Source: Pocillopora verrucosa
Lineage: Eukaryota
Length of the DNA stretch: 64,000 nucleotides
Direction: 5' to 3'
NCBI RefSeq assembly: GCF_036669915.1
Contig: NC_089320.1
Coordinates: 15,915,874-15,979,873 of the forward strand
A model generated the notes under the pieces. That model was given only the letters and a program-made list of their open reading frames with translations, did not search any database and was not told where the DNA came from. How positions within the stretch are numbered: position 1 is the first letter of the stretch; each line of letters begins with the position of its first letter. Shown here in pieces: positions 1 through 12,715 of the stretch. The position numbers were made by a program, and so were the translations under genes.

Positions 1-700
1 AGGTCATATTTTTGGGCCGAAAGCCTTGGAAAGGTAATGAAGTTTGCAGTGCATGGTCTATGTCTTGAGGTTCTGGCATCTTTTTTTTAAAGCCTGATTT
101 GAAAAAAAATATATGTCTCAATCAGGAGCCCTCTTGTCTCGATATGTTCTTGGTGGCAACTTGAGGTAGATATGCTACAATCTAAGAAAGATGCTCCTTT
201 GGATCGCAAAATAAATAGATTTTCTCTTACCAGGTTCAGGTTTAAACACCTTAAAGGCCACTCTTTAGTGCCCCCTTCCCCCCACCCCTCAGCTGAAATT
301 GTAGCCTCATAAGGGGGCCAAAAGAAAATCAATTTGAGGGACATGATTTCAAATGACACTAAGCCCTTGAAAAATATGAAAAGGACATGGAAAATTAAAT
401 GAAAATAAGTAATCATATTTTGACCTGAAACTGAAATACATGCAAAGAAGAATTCCTTGCAGGTGAGCTGCAATTTAAGAAATTTCAGAAAAGACTCTTG
501 AAACAGTTAAGGCTTTCATGAGATTCAGTTAAACCCACGCCTCCCAGATAGTTGATGGGTGCCACTACCAACTGAGCAATAAAGCAGTCTACTTTAATTG
601 GTTCTTTGTTCCAGTAAAGAAATCAAATCACAATAAATTCAAAAGGTAATGTCTATTTGGATTTATCAGATTTTGATGAAAATTTGTCTAAATGGTAGTT
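1..700. repeat. Intergenic block duplicated at 8101-8760
   Basis: 'aggtcatatttttgggcc..aagccttg..aatgaagtttgcagtgcatggtctatgtcttgaggttctggcat' is present at position 1 and at 8101. Co-linear similarity continues through about 700 and 8760. Confidence 0.75.
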
Positions 701-1518
701 ACGCATTAAGTCACCAAACTTTGTGAGGTTTTGTCGTGTTTATTTTTCATGTTGTTTCCAAGCTGATGACTGACATGGAAAACCTTTTTCTTTAGTTATC
801 TTCTCAACCAATTACATGTGTTGTTTTCACCCCGTCCAATTATTTCACATGGAATTATATATGTGTTTCTTTCGGGTACACTAACAAGCGACTAAATCGA
901 TACAAACGAACTTGTGTACCTTTTTGACTAAAACAATTTCAAAATATGTTATTACCAATTCTTTGTTACAAAAATAAAAATAGTAAAGAATAGAACGTAA
1001 AAGAAAACATTTCGCCCCTCTAAGATGATCCTCCAAAGCCATAAATTGGAGATTCCTGGACGGTGGGTAGAGTAATTGTATCCAGCTTCGAACAACAAAA
1101 CAACTAAACAGCTGTTGAATGTTTTTGATAAACGAAATTGATTGATTTCGATCGAGACAAAGCGACTCTGGAGTTGAGGAGAAGAAGGCATCGGTCGGGC
1201 ATCAGTAAAATCTTGAAAGATTGCCAAATTGGAGATTTTTCTTTTACATTGCACATAACTGTTCCATGTGTTAATTGAACAAAGAAGACATCATGATACG
1301 TGGATTAAAAACTGAATACTTCCAGTGGCTTTTTTCTCAATGGGTGTAATCGAAACAAGATTCATCAAACTGCGAGAGACGACGCGTGAGCTGGGACATT
1401 CATTAAACTTCAAAGGGTAATGTTGCTCTCATGAAAAAGTACTCGGAAAACCAAACGCTTGTATTACCAATCATCCTTCACTCAGGGAGCTTCAAATCTA
1501 CCGAGTTTGCAAACAGAA

Positions 1519-2460
1519 ATGCTGTCCAATTCATCTGACGCATTAGATAGGTTTTGCTCTGCTTTTACTTATAGAAATGAGCATATGAGCATCTCATTTA
1601 ACTATTGGACACTTATGGTAACCAGTGTTTTTGCGTGTCTTCTTGCCCCCATGACAGTGGCTGGGAATGCTTTCGTTTTGGCAGCAATTTGGAGAAACCC
1701 GGCGCTAAGGACTCCATCCCATGTGCTTCTCGCTGGATTGGCCTTCACGGACTTTTGCACAGGACTAATAAGTTTGCCAGTTTTTGCTGCGTTCATGTCA
1801 GCACATTTAAGGGAAAGAAGTCTGAGATGCACTTTTAATCTGATTTCATATGGTGTTGGTAATTTTTTCGGCGTCTCGACGGTCGGTATCATAACGATGG
1901 CTGCTGCAGAAAGATGGCTGTGTATGAGCCGGAGGTCTCTTCTTACAGTACGCCGAGTTACCATTCTTTACATCATAATGGTGTGCTTGATAACTGCCTT
2001 TGTAACTGTCCGCGTTTTCAGTTTTCGGTATCTATCAAAGGACATAGACAATTTGCTGAATGGAGTTTTTCTGACAGCAGCGGCGATTTGTATTCTGGTC
2101 ATAGCAGTTTCGTATTACAAGGTGTTTGGAATAATTCGTCACCATCAAAAAGGAGTTCAAGGAAATCAAAATTCCATTGATATTTCAAAATACAGAAAAT
2201 CTATATTCACCGTTCTGTATATATTTTCACTTTTTGTGATCAGTTACCTCCCCTATTTGGTTAACGCGTTGACCTTTTACGTTTTGCAAGAATTCGGGGA
2301 CACGTTCGTAACATTCAACAGATTAACTACGACTATTGTTTATTCTTCATCGTTTTTAAATCCTTTGCTTTATTGCTGGAGGATGAAGGAGATAAAGATG
2401 GGTGTAAAAAATTTAATGAGAAAGCTATTTTGTAAACAAGCAGCAGAGGATGAGGAATAA
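1519..2460 (+). CDS. Intronless rhodopsin-like (class A) orphan GPCR, copy 1
   Basis: The ORF has 7 hydrophobic segments. N-terminal N-glycosylation sites NSS. TM1 'GNAFVLAAI'. TM2 'LAGLAFTDF'. End of TM3 'AAAERWLCM', an ERW variant of DRY. TM7 'NPLLYCW' (NPxxY). TAA stop at 2458. The start is taken at the conserved MLSNSSD Met; the six-frame ORF extends upstream to 1459. Confidence 0.8.
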   Translation: MLSNSSDALDRFCSAFTYRNEHMSISFNYWTLMVTSVFACLLAPMTVAGNAFVLAAIWRNPALRTPSHVLLAGLAFTDFCTGLISLPVFAAFMSAHLRERSLRCTFNLISYGVGNFFGVSTVGIITMAAAERWLCMSRRSLLTVRRVTILYIIMVCLITAFVTVRVFSFRYLSKDIDNLLNGVFLTAAAICILVIAVSYYKVFGIIRHHQKGVQGNQNSIDISKYRKSIFTVLYIFSLFVISYLPYLVNALTFYVLQEFGDTFVTFNRLTTTIVYSSSFLNPLLYCWRMKEIKMGVKNLMRKLFCKQAAEDEE

Positions 2461-3492
2461 CGCCATATTTTCAGTAGTAAGTTTCCCTTGACAAAAAAAA
2501 CATAAACATACGCATACCTGCTAGAAAATTAATACATAAAGAGAGGACAAGATCATTACACAGAGAAGAAAGAAATTAAATAAGATCAATACTTAGAAAA
2601 GAAGGCGAATAGTAAGATTTGTTTTTAAATGCTTTTGTCTTATTTATAGGAAGTTTTTGCCTCGATTAGTTTACGGTCGTTTTTAGCCACTTGCTTGTTT
2701 TAGCAACTTGTTCGTGTCAATATCTTGGTAGTTTTAGTATTCTGGTTTTATCGACAATAAATCTCTGTAACCGTCACTTTGCTTCTCGTGATTGCGTCCC
2801 GAAAAATAGTCCCAAACACCTTGGTAGCCATACTCCCAAAGTAACGCGTCGCTTGAATTTTGTTCCAGTCGCCGCAAGCGTAACAGGGAAGTTTACTTTG
2901 ACAAGTTTGGTTGTTAATTTTCTTTGTCAACCTGTATACCTAGCACTTTCTCCGTGGCAACTCGGCGCTTGCATGTTGGCAAAAGTTGCAATATTGCAAA
3001 AAAAAGCCTTGAAAGTGTCATTGCTGAACCATGGAAAAAATTATTTCAAGGCACAAATATTTGCATAATGTTGGTATGTTTAATAATCATTTGGTAATTA
3101 TCGAGCTGCACTGAGATATCTCGAACCATTAGGGCCTATTTACATGGAGGTGGAACCCCAGGTAGGTGGGGTAACCCGTTTTTCCATATAATTTCTTATT
3201 TTATTTTGATCGCGTCTATATGATAGGTGGGGTGACCCACCTAGGCGGGTTGCCCGGTCTGCCAGGTAAGGTAACCCTGTCAGCCAGGGTGACAATTTAG
3301 GGAAAAGAAACAACCCTGCCACACCCTTGTACTGACAATAAAAGGTACAGACAAGTCAACATTGTAACTGACTCTGTGCGTGGTATCTTAATAATGACCC
3401 TGGATGATCTCGATGATCATTATCTGCGAGATGCTATAATACTGATCTAAGGATTTTTCAGAGTATTTCTTTGTCTACCATTTCACACACCC

Positions 3493-3690
3493 TCTAGATA
3501 TCAACTCAACCGGCAAAGTTTATTACTAGTCTACCGACTGCTTCCTTATTATGCGGAAGGTTGCTAACTTGATCGTGCGCGATCTGCCTGCATCCATCCA
3601 CAACTTTCTTGGTCCTCTTCAGCAAATCCATGGTGCGTACTTCGCTTAGCAGAGTAGGGTTAGTAAGGAGCTGGATTCTCCTCCAATTAA
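3493..3690. repeat. About 200-bp block shared by GPCR units 1 and 3 (second copy 12338-12531)
   Basis: 'tctagatatcaactcaaccggcaa.gtttattactagtctaccgactg...atgcggaaggttgct.acttga.cgtgcg.gatctgcctgcatcc' is in both copies and absent from unit 2. Confidence 0.6.
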
Positions 3691-4802
3691 TAATATACAA
3701 TGATGTTTTCACATCTTTGAGGCAAAAGAGTTCAAAGTCTGGCTAAACAGTTCAAGGAATTGTTCAGTCTGTGTCAGAAGCACTTTCGATGAAATGGAAT
3801 TGTCGTTTGCGAGGTTTAACCATGTTTGTTTTTAATTTCGGCCTAGGATCGCTCGAGGTATGTGTTAAGCCAGGTCGGCTCGTAATTTTTGATTTTCTTG
3901 TCAATTCCCTTCTCTAAACACCACTTTTTCCAAACCGACAACCAAAAAGCAGTGCTTTTTACAATGTTTTCGTTGTTAGAACTGTCTTTCAGCTGTTTGG
4001 ATAGTTTGGTTTCTTACGGACTCACGGTGGTTTTTAACTTTGCTAGGAATATGGCTGTTGTGAATACAGTCAATTAAATGTGTTGTTTTTACATCGTCCA
4101 ATTATTTTACATGGGAGTATACACTTAAAAGCAATTAAATCGATATAAACCAACTTGTGCACCTTTTTGACTGAAACAATTTCAAAATACCCCATTACCG
4201 ATACTTTGCCAAAAATTAAAATAGTAAAGAATGGAACGTAAAAGAAAAAATTTCGCCCCTTTAAGATGATCCTTCAAAGCCGTAAATTGGAGATTCCAGG
4301 ACGGTGGGTAGAGTAATTGTATTCTTCCAACAGCTGTGTAGCTGTGTAGAGTACTTGTATCCAGCTTCGAACAGGTAAACAAGCTAAACAGCTCTTGAAT
4401 GTTTTTGATATACGAAATTCATTGATTTTGATCGAGACAAAGCGACTTTGGAGGTAAGGAGTAAAAGGCATCGGTCGGGCATCACTAAAATCTTGAAAGA
4501 TTGCCAAATTGGAGATTTTTTTTTCTATTTTGAATATAACTGTTCCTTGTTTTAATTGAACAAAGAGGACATCATGATACGTTGATTAAAAACTGAATAC
4601 CTCCAGTGCTTGTTTTTCAATAGATGTAATCGAAACAAGATTCATCAACTGAACTGCGAGAGACGACGCGTGGGTTAGGACACTCATTAAACTCCACAAG
4701 GGTAATGTTGCTCTAATAAAAAGTTTAACCTAAAATTAACGCTTGTATTACCAATAATCCTTCACTCAGGGAGCTTCAAATCACTCGAGTTTGCATACAG
4801 AA

Positions 4803-5738
4803 ATGCTGTCCAATTCATCTGACGCATTAGATAGGTTTTGCTCTGTTTTTACCTATAGAAATGTAAGCATCTCATTTAACTATTGGACAACTGTGGTAAC
4901 CAGTGTTTTTGCGTTTCTTCTCGCTCCCATGACAGTGACAGGGAATGCTTTTGTTTTGGCAGCAATTTGGAGAAACCCGGCGCTAAGGACTCCATCCTAT
5001 GTGCTTCTTGCTGGATTGGCCTTCCCGAATTTTTGCACAGGACTAATAAGTTTGCCACTTGCAGCTGTGTCCAACTTAGCACTGTTAAGGGAAAGCAGAA
5101 TGACATGCACTCTTGTTCTGATTTCATATTGTGTAAGTCAGTTTTGCGCCTACTTGACGGTCGTTGTCATAGCGGTGGCTGCTGCAGAAAGATGGCTTTG
5201 CATGAGCCGGAGGTCTCTTCTTACAGTACGCCGAGTTACCATTCTTTACATCATAGTGGTGTTCTTAATAACCGCCTTTGTAACTGTCCGCGTTTTCAGT
5301 TTTGGGTATCTATCGAAGGACATAGACAATTTGCTGAATGGAGCTTTTTTGACAGCAGCAGCGATTTGTATTCTGGTTATGGCAGTTTCTTATTACAAGG
5401 TGTTTAGAATAATTCGTCACCATCAAAAAGGAGTTCAAGCAAACCATAGTTCCATCAATATTTCAAAATACAGAAAATCTATATTCACCGTTCTATATAT
5501 ACTTGCACTTTTTGTGATCAGTTACCTTCCCTATCTGGGTAACGCGTTAACCTTTTACGTTTTGCAAGAATTCGGAGACATGTTCCTAGCATGCGTCAAG
5601 TTTACTTCGAGTATAATTTATGTTTCCTCGCTTTTAAATCCTTTGCTTTATTGCTGGAGGATTAAGGAGATAAAGATGGGTGTAAAAAGCTTAGTGAGAA
5701 AACTATTTTGTAAACAAGCAGCAAAGAATGAGGAATAA
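4803..5738 (+). CDS. Intronless rhodopsin-like (class A) orphan GPCR, copy 2 (intact paralog)
   Basis: Complete 312-aa reading frame, about 85% identical to copy 1. It keeps the ERW and NPLLY motifs. TM2 reads 'LAGLAFPNF' instead of 'LAGLAFTDF'. Confidence 0.8.
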   Translation: MLSNSSDALDRFCSVFTYRNVSISFNYWTTVVTSVFAFLLAPMTVTGNAFVLAAIWRNPALRTPSYVLLAGLAFPNFCTGLISLPLAAVSNLALLRESRMTCTLVLISYCVSQFCAYLTVVVIAVAAAERWLCMSRRSLLTVRRVTILYIIVVFLITAFVTVRVFSFGYLSKDIDNLLNGAFLTAAAICILVMAVSYYKVFRIIRHHQKGVQANHSSINISKYRKSIFTVLYILALFVISYLPYLGNALTFYVLQEFGDMFLACVKFTSSIIYVSSLLNPLLYCWRIKEIKMGVKSLVRKLFCKQAAKNEE

Positions 5739-8700
5739 CGACAAATTTTCACTAGTAAGTTTCCCTTGACAAGTTGTGCGTGGCAGAATAGGTAGAAGAA
5801 AACTATCAAAAACGAATACTGATGGTGTAAGTGACTTTTTAAGGACGTTTCCAAAGGAAACAGTAAAAGATTTTAGATTATTACTGCAGGAATGCTAAGG
5901 ATACTAGCCGATTTTCTTGACTATTAACTACCATGAAAACGTTTTTCTCCTCAGTTACAATGTTTATTCATGTTGATTTGCCTATCTATCGTTCTTGAAA
6001 GCTGACCCTTTAGCGTCCTTTTTGCGTCCCACGCGCGCATTAAAGGCGACCTTATCGTCCTTTCTTCAGTTGTATTTAGTAATTCGAAGGATCCTGACGT
6101 TTGCTACATTTGTAACTTTTGAAACCTTTGGCGCAAGTGGGACCGATGTGGAAGTTTATTCTTTTATTTCGCTTGTGTTCAGTTTTCTTTTATTTTGATT
6201 AGATAAAGGTACTCGAAAATCTATTGTACAGTGTACCTTTTTAATTGCTTTCTGATGAGTAGCGAAAATCACGCTTAGCGTTTACGAGTGAACGCCCACC
6301 TTTTAGTTTGAGAACGCTTGGGCCATTGACTGTTTGCTTGAATCTCTTAACGTAGCTTTTTTTTTTTGCCTTTTAGTTTTTTTGTTGCGATTTGAGTTGT
6401 AATTGACCCTGTTTTTGACACACTGTTTATTAAGTAATAAGAGTTAACAAATGAAAGAGAGGTAACTGTACACCGCAGATAGCATAGCTAATCTGGGTGG
6501 TGTAGAGTTTTTGTATTACACAACATAAAATAATAAATATGGGAAAACATATACATATGCATATCTGCTAGAAAATTAATACATAAAGAGAGGACAACAT
6601 CATTACATACAAGAGAAAGAAACTAAATAAGATCAATACTTAGAAAAGAAGGCGAATGGTTAGATTTGTTTTTACATGCTTTGATCTTATATTTAGGAAG
6701 TTTCCGCCTCCATTAATAGGAATTCGTTGCATTATTACTTCAGTTTACGGTCGTTTTTAGCCACTTGCTTTTTTTAGCTACTTGTTCGTCTTAATATCTT
6801 AGTAGTTTTAGTATTCTTGTTTTTATCGACAATAAATCTTTTTTAACCTTCACTTTGGTGCTAGTGATTGCGACCCGTACAGTAGTCCCAAACACCTTGG
6901 TAACCATGTGCCCAGAGCGACGCCTCGCTTGAATTTTGTTTCAGTCGCCGCAAGCGTAACACGGAAGTTTACTTTAACAAGTTTTGTTGTTAATTTTCTT
7001 TGTCAACCTGTATACCTAACACTTTCTCCGTGGCAACTCGTCGCTTGCATGTTGGCAAAAGTTGCAATATTACAAAAAACGACTTAAAAGTGTGATTGCT
7101 AAAGCATGGAAAAAATTATTTCAAGGCACAAATATTTGCATAACATTAGTATGTTTAATCGTTTGGTAATTATCGAGCTACACTGAGATATTTCGAACCG
7201 TTTATCGCACGTTACTTTTACTTCACCATCATATTGCCTTAAAATTGCCAGTGAGTTAGACATGTGATGAATGATAAAAGGATATAAATTGATGTTTTCA
7301 AACTGAATAGTGTTAAATCAGTAAGTGTATTGCGATTATTGCCAGTTGAAATGCTTTTCGTTCCCTAAAGCAGTCCTATGAATTTGATAGGAATGTCTCT
7401 TTCGCGCAGCTTGATTAAGCCTCGCAGGATTCAAAAAATTGTTAGTGTTGTCTTCACCTTCAGCATCACCTAATCAATTACCGGTAAGAAGGTGAGTAAC
7501 TATGGAAAAGAAACAACCCTGCCACACCCTTGTACTGACAGTAAAAGGTGCAGACAGGTCAACACTGCAACTGACACTGTGCGTGGTATCTTTAGAACGA
7601 CCCTGAATGATCTTGATGATTATTATTTGCAAAGGGACGGCTGTATGTTATTTTTTCTTTATTGACGCAACTTATATTGATTTGACCTCGTTGTTTCTGA
7701 CGCAGGCATGCTGAATCAGTAATCAACATGCCATTGCGATTTTGGACTTGATCGGAAACAGAAATCTCAATGCGATGCTTGATAATCCGAGGAAAAATGT
7801 AGAGTAATTCGCACGCAGCAGTAAAATCAACGATGATATTGCAAACCAGATTCGGAAAAGTTTGACCTCCACGGGTAAGTCTTACGATGATTGTTTATAT
7901 TTCAATGATTGACCTCTGGTTTGATAAAAAAAATTTTTATCAGCGTGGCTTAATTCTTTGAGCAAAACAGATGATAAAGCGACAATAAAGCGCTCAATAA
8001 GCAAATCAAACAACAGTAGACCTCTTTCAAGTCCGAGGTATGGGTTTTAGGGGTCTTACAAGTCTCCAACGAGCGATAACGTTTTGCCATTTGGTCTCAA
8101 GATCAGGTCATATTTTTGGGCCAAAAGCCTTGTAAATGTAATGAAGTTTGCAGTGCATGGTCTATGTCTTGAGGTTCTGGCATTTTTTTCTTTTTAACTC
8201 TGATTTGAAGTCTAAGAAAGATGCTCTTAAATTGGATCGCAAAATAAAAAGATTTTCTCTTTCCAGGTTCAGGTTTAAACACCTTATTGGCCACTCTTAA
8301 GTGCCCCCTTCCCCCCACCCCTCAGCTGAAATTGTAGCCTCATGAGAGGACAAAAGAAAATCAATTTGAGGGACATGATTTCAAATGACACTAAGCCCTT
8401 ATAAAATATGGAAAAGGACATGAAAAATTAAGTGAAAATAAGTAATCATATTTTGACCTGAAGATGAAATACATACAAAGAAAAATTCCTTGCAGGTGAG
8501 CTGCAATTTAAGAAATTTCAGAAAAGACTCTTGAAACAGTTGAGGCTTTGATGGGATTTAATCCCACGCCTCCCAGATAGTTGATGGGTGCCACAACTGA
8601 GCAATAAAGCAGCCTACTTTGCTTAGTTCTTTGTTCCTGTAAAGAAACCAAATCCCAATGAATTAAAAAAGGTAATGTCTATTTGGATTTATCAGATTTT

Positions 8701-9550
8701 CGGATGAAAATTTGTCTAAATGGTAGTTACGCATTAAGTCACCAAACTTTGTGAGGTTTTTTCGTGTTTATTTTTCATGTTGTTTCCAAGCTGATGACTG
8801 GCATGGAAAATCTTTTTTTTCAGTTATCTTCTCAACCAATTACATGTGTTGTTTTTACTCCGTCCAATTATTTCACATGGGATTATATAAATGTTTCTTT
8901 CGGGTACACTAACAAGCGACTAAATCGATACAAACGAACTTGTGTACTTTTTTGACTGAAACAATTTCAAAATATCTTTTTACCGATAATTTGTTAAAAA
9001 ATAAATATTATAAAGAATAGAACATCAAAGAAAACATTTCGCCCCTTTAAGATGACCCTGCAAAGCCATAAACTGAAGATTCCAGGACGGTGGGTAGAGT
9101 AATTGTATCCAGCTTCGAACAGGTAAACAAGCTAAACAGCTGTTAAATGTTTTTGATATGCGAAATTCATTTATTTTGATCGAGACAAAGCGACTTTGGA
9201 GGTAGGGAGAAAAAGGTATCGGTCGAGCATCACTAAAATCTTGAAAGATTGTTAAATTGGAGATTTTTTTTTTTTTTTACATTGCATGTAACTGTTCCTG
9301 GTTTTAATTGAACAAAGAGGACATCATGATACGTAGATTAAAAACTGAATAATTTCAGTGGTTATTTTTCAATAGATGCAATCGTAACAAGATTCATCAA
9401 ACTGCGAGAGACGACGCGTGAGCTGGGACACTCATTAAACTCCAAAAGGGTAATGTTTCTCTAATGAAAAAGTTTACTCGGAAAACCAAACACTTGTATT
9501 ACCAATCATCCTTCACTCTGGGAGCTTCAAATCCGAGTTTGCAAACAGAA

Positions 9551-10437
9551 ATGCTGTCCAATTCATCTGACGTATTAGATAGGTTGTGTTATGTTTATAC
9601 TTATAGAAATGTGAGCATCTCATTTAACTATTGGGCAACTCTGGCGAACAGTGTTTTTGCGTTTCTTCTCGCTCCCATGACAGTGACAGGGAATGCTTTC
9701 GTTTTGGCAGCAGTTTGGAGAAACCCGACGCTAAGGACTCCATCCCATGTGCTTCTTGCTGGATTGGCCTTCACGGACTTTTGCACAGGACTAATAACTT
9801 TGCCACTTACAGCTGCGTATAAGTTAGCACATTTAAGGAAAAGCAGTATGACATGCACTCTTGTTCTGATTTCATTTAGTGTTGGTCTGTTTTTTGCCTC
9901 CTTGACGGTCGTTGTCATAGTGATGGCTGCTGCAGAAAGATGGCTTTGCATGAGCCGGAGGTCTCTTCTTACAGTGCGCCGAGTTACCATTCTTTTTACC
10001 ATAATGGTGTGCTTGATAACTGCTTTTGTAACTGTCCGCGTTACCAGTTTTCGGCATCTATCGAAGGACATAGACAATTTGCTAAATGGAGCTTGACGGC
10101 AGCGGCGATTTGTATTCTGGTCATAGCAGTTTCGTATTACAAGGTGTTTGGAATAATTCGTCACCATCAAAAAGGAGTTCAAGCAAATCAAAATTCCATT
10201 GATATTTCAAAATATAGAAAATCTGTATTCACCGTTCTATATATACTTGCACTTTTTGTGATCACTTACCTCCCCTATCTGGGCAACGAGTTAACCTTTT
10301 ACGTTTTGCAAGAATTCGGAGACATGTTCCTAACACGCCATAATTTTACTACGATTTTTGTTTATGTTTCCTCGCTTTTAAATCCTTTGCTTTATTGCTG
10401 GAGGATTAAGGAGATTAAGATAGGTGTAAAAATTTAG
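9551..10437 (+). pseudogene. GPCR copy 3, pseudogene with frameshifts
   Basis: The ORF breaks at 10096 (TGA). Copies 1 and 2 read 'ggagcttttttgacagc' here and copy 3 reads 'ggagcttgacggc', a 4-nt deletion. Homology continues in another frame (ORF 9940-10437). A second 1-nt deletion near the 3' end gives '...GVKI*'. Confidence 0.7.
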
Positions 10438-12644
10438 TCAAAAAATTACTTTGTAAACAAGCAGTAGAGGATGAGGAATAATGATATATAGTTTCCCTAA
10501 ACAAGTTTTGCGTGGCAGAATAGGTGAGAAAAACTATCAAAAACGAATACTGATGGTGTAAGTGACTTTCAAGGATGCTTCCTAAGGAGACGGTTATAGA
10601 TTTTAGATTATTTCGACTTGCAGGAATGTTAAGGATACTAGCCGATTCTATTGACTATTAACTACCCCGAAAACGTTTTTCTCCTTAGTTACGATCTTAG
10701 TTACAATGTTTATTCATGTTGATTTGCCTATCTATCGTTTTTGAAACCTGACCCTTTAGCGCCCTTTTTGCGTCCCACGCGCACATAAAAGGCGAACTTA
10801 TCGTCCTTTCTTCTGTTGTATTTAATAATTCAAAGGATCCTTTGCGATTTGTGACTTTTGAAGGCCTTTGGCACAAGCGGGACCGATATGGAAGTTTATT
10901 CTTTTATTTTGCTCAGGTTTAGTTTTCTTTTACTTTGATAAGATAAAGGTAGTCGAAAATCTTTTGTACAGTGTACCTTTTTAATTGCTTTGTGAGGAGA
11001 AGCGAAAATCACGCTTAGCGTTTACAAGTGAACGCCTACCTTTCAGTCTGAGAACGCTTGAGCTATTGACTGTTTGCGTGAATCACTTTACGTAGTTTTT
11101 TTTTTTTTTTCGCTTTTTAGGTTTTTTTCGCGATTTGAGTTGTAATTGACACTGTTTTTGACACACTGTTTATTAGGTATTGAAAGTTAACTAATGAAAC
11201 CTAATCTGGGCGGTGTAGAGTTAATGTATATTTGTATTTGTACACAACATAAAATAATAATTATGAGAAAACATATACACATGTATATCTGCTAGAAAAT
11301 TAATACATAAAGAGAGGACAAGATCATTACATACAAGAGAAAGAAATTAAATAAGATCAATACTTAGAAAAGAAGGCGAATGGTTAGATTTGTTTTTATA
11401 TGCTTTGATCTCATAGTTAGGAAGTTTCCGCCTCCATTAGTAGGTATTTGTTGTATTATTACTTTAGTTTACGGTCGTTTTTAGCCACTTGCTTGTTTTA
11501 GCTACTTGTTCGTGTTAATGTCTTGGTAGTTTTAGTATTCTGGTTTTTATGGACAATAAATCTCTGTTAACCTTCACTTTGGTTCTCGTGAGTGCGACCC
11601 GAAAAATAGTCCTAAACACCTTGGTAGCCATACGCCTAAAGCGATTCCTCGCTTGAATTTTATTTCATTTGGAATTTTATTTCTTTGTCAACCTGTATAC
11701 CTAACATTTTCTCCGTGGTATCTCGGCGCTTGCATGTTGGCAAAAGTTGCAATATTGCAAAAAAACGGCTTGAAAGTGTGATTGCTAAAGCATGGAAAAA
11801 ATTGTTTTAAGGCACAAATATTTGCATAACATTGGTTCAATAATCATTTGGCAATTATCGAGCTGCACTGAGGTATTTCAAGCCGTTTATTGTACGTTAC
11901 TTTCACTTCACAGCTAAACATCTGCTAAATGATAAAAGGAGATTAATTGATATTTTCTAAATAGTGTTAAATCATTAAGTGTATTACGATTAGTGCCAGT
12001 TAAAATGATTTTCGTTCCCAAAAGCAGTCCCATGAATTTGATAGGAATGTCTCTTTCGCGCAGCTTGATAAGCCTTGCAGGATTCACAAAATTGTCCTTG
12101 TTGTTTTCAGAATCACCAAAGCAATGGCCGGTAAGAAGATAAGTAGGGAAAAAACAACCCTGCTACACCCTTATGCTGACAGTGAAAGGTGCAGACAAGT
12201 CAACACTGAAACTGACTCTGTACGTAGTATCTTAATAACGACCCTGAATGAATTTGATGATCATTGTTTGCGAGATGCTTTACAGGCTGATCTCAGGATT
12301 TTCCTGAGTATTGCTTTGTCTACCATTTCGCACACTCTCTAGATATCAACTCAACCGGCAAGGTTTATTACTAGTCTACCGACTGTTTTCTAATTATGCG
12401 GAAGGTTGCTGACTTGACCGTGCGAGATCTGCCTGCATCCGTTCACAACTTTCCTGATCCTCTCCAGCAAATCCATGGTGTGTACTTCGCTTAGCAGAGT
12501 AAGGTCAGTAAGGAGCTGAATTCTCCTCTAATTATGGCAGTTACGATGATCCCCTTTCCTTTAACTTAGACGTTATTTACGAAAGACGATGGATTCTTGT
12601 CTTTTTATCGGTGTGCCATTGTTTTGGTTTTACTTTACTATGCT

Positions 12645-12715
12645 CAGTGATTGGCCGAGAAACTTCGCGCCAATTGACAGTCTGCCACGTGGAAAAACTT
12701 CAACCAATCACGACT
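12645..12715. promoter_or_regulatory. Cluster of CCAAT boxes and a CACGTG E-box (candidate promoter module, target unknown)
   Basis: gattggcc at 12649, ccaattg at 12671, cacgtg at 12686, ccaatca at 12703. Confidence 0.2.

Larger units (their letters stand above)
1..12540. repeat. Segmental tandem array of three GPCR-containing units (unit boundaries approx 1-3480, 4090-7640, 8101-12540)
   Basis: Long blocks recur at >85-90% identity by eye. The GPCR upstream block occurs at about 845, 4100 and 8870. The downstream block 'ctgctagaaaattaatacataaagagaggaca' occurs at about 2519, 6565 and 11290. The block 'ggaaaagaaacaaccctgccacaccc' occurs at about 3301, 7503 and 12145. Confidence 0.8.

Noticed and set aside
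87-473. 128-aa minus-strand ORF in the duplicated intergenic block (and 952-1254, 4274-4507)
   Set aside because: No domain signal and low-complexity composition. The frames are not preserved between the repeat copies (1-700 against 8101-8760), which argues against coding.
1602-2180. Several 77-120 aa ORFs in alternative frames and strands overlapping the GPCR genes (also 4876-5407, 9628-10191)
   Set aside because: They lie entirely within the conserved 7TM reading frames. The same shadow ORFs recur in every copy only because the GPCR is duplicated.
3506-3712. 68-aa minus-strand ORF in the block shared by GPCR units 1 and 3, considered as a possible TE-derived coding fragment
   Set aside because: It is too short, with no recognisable RT or transposase motif. 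It is treated only as part of the repeated unit.
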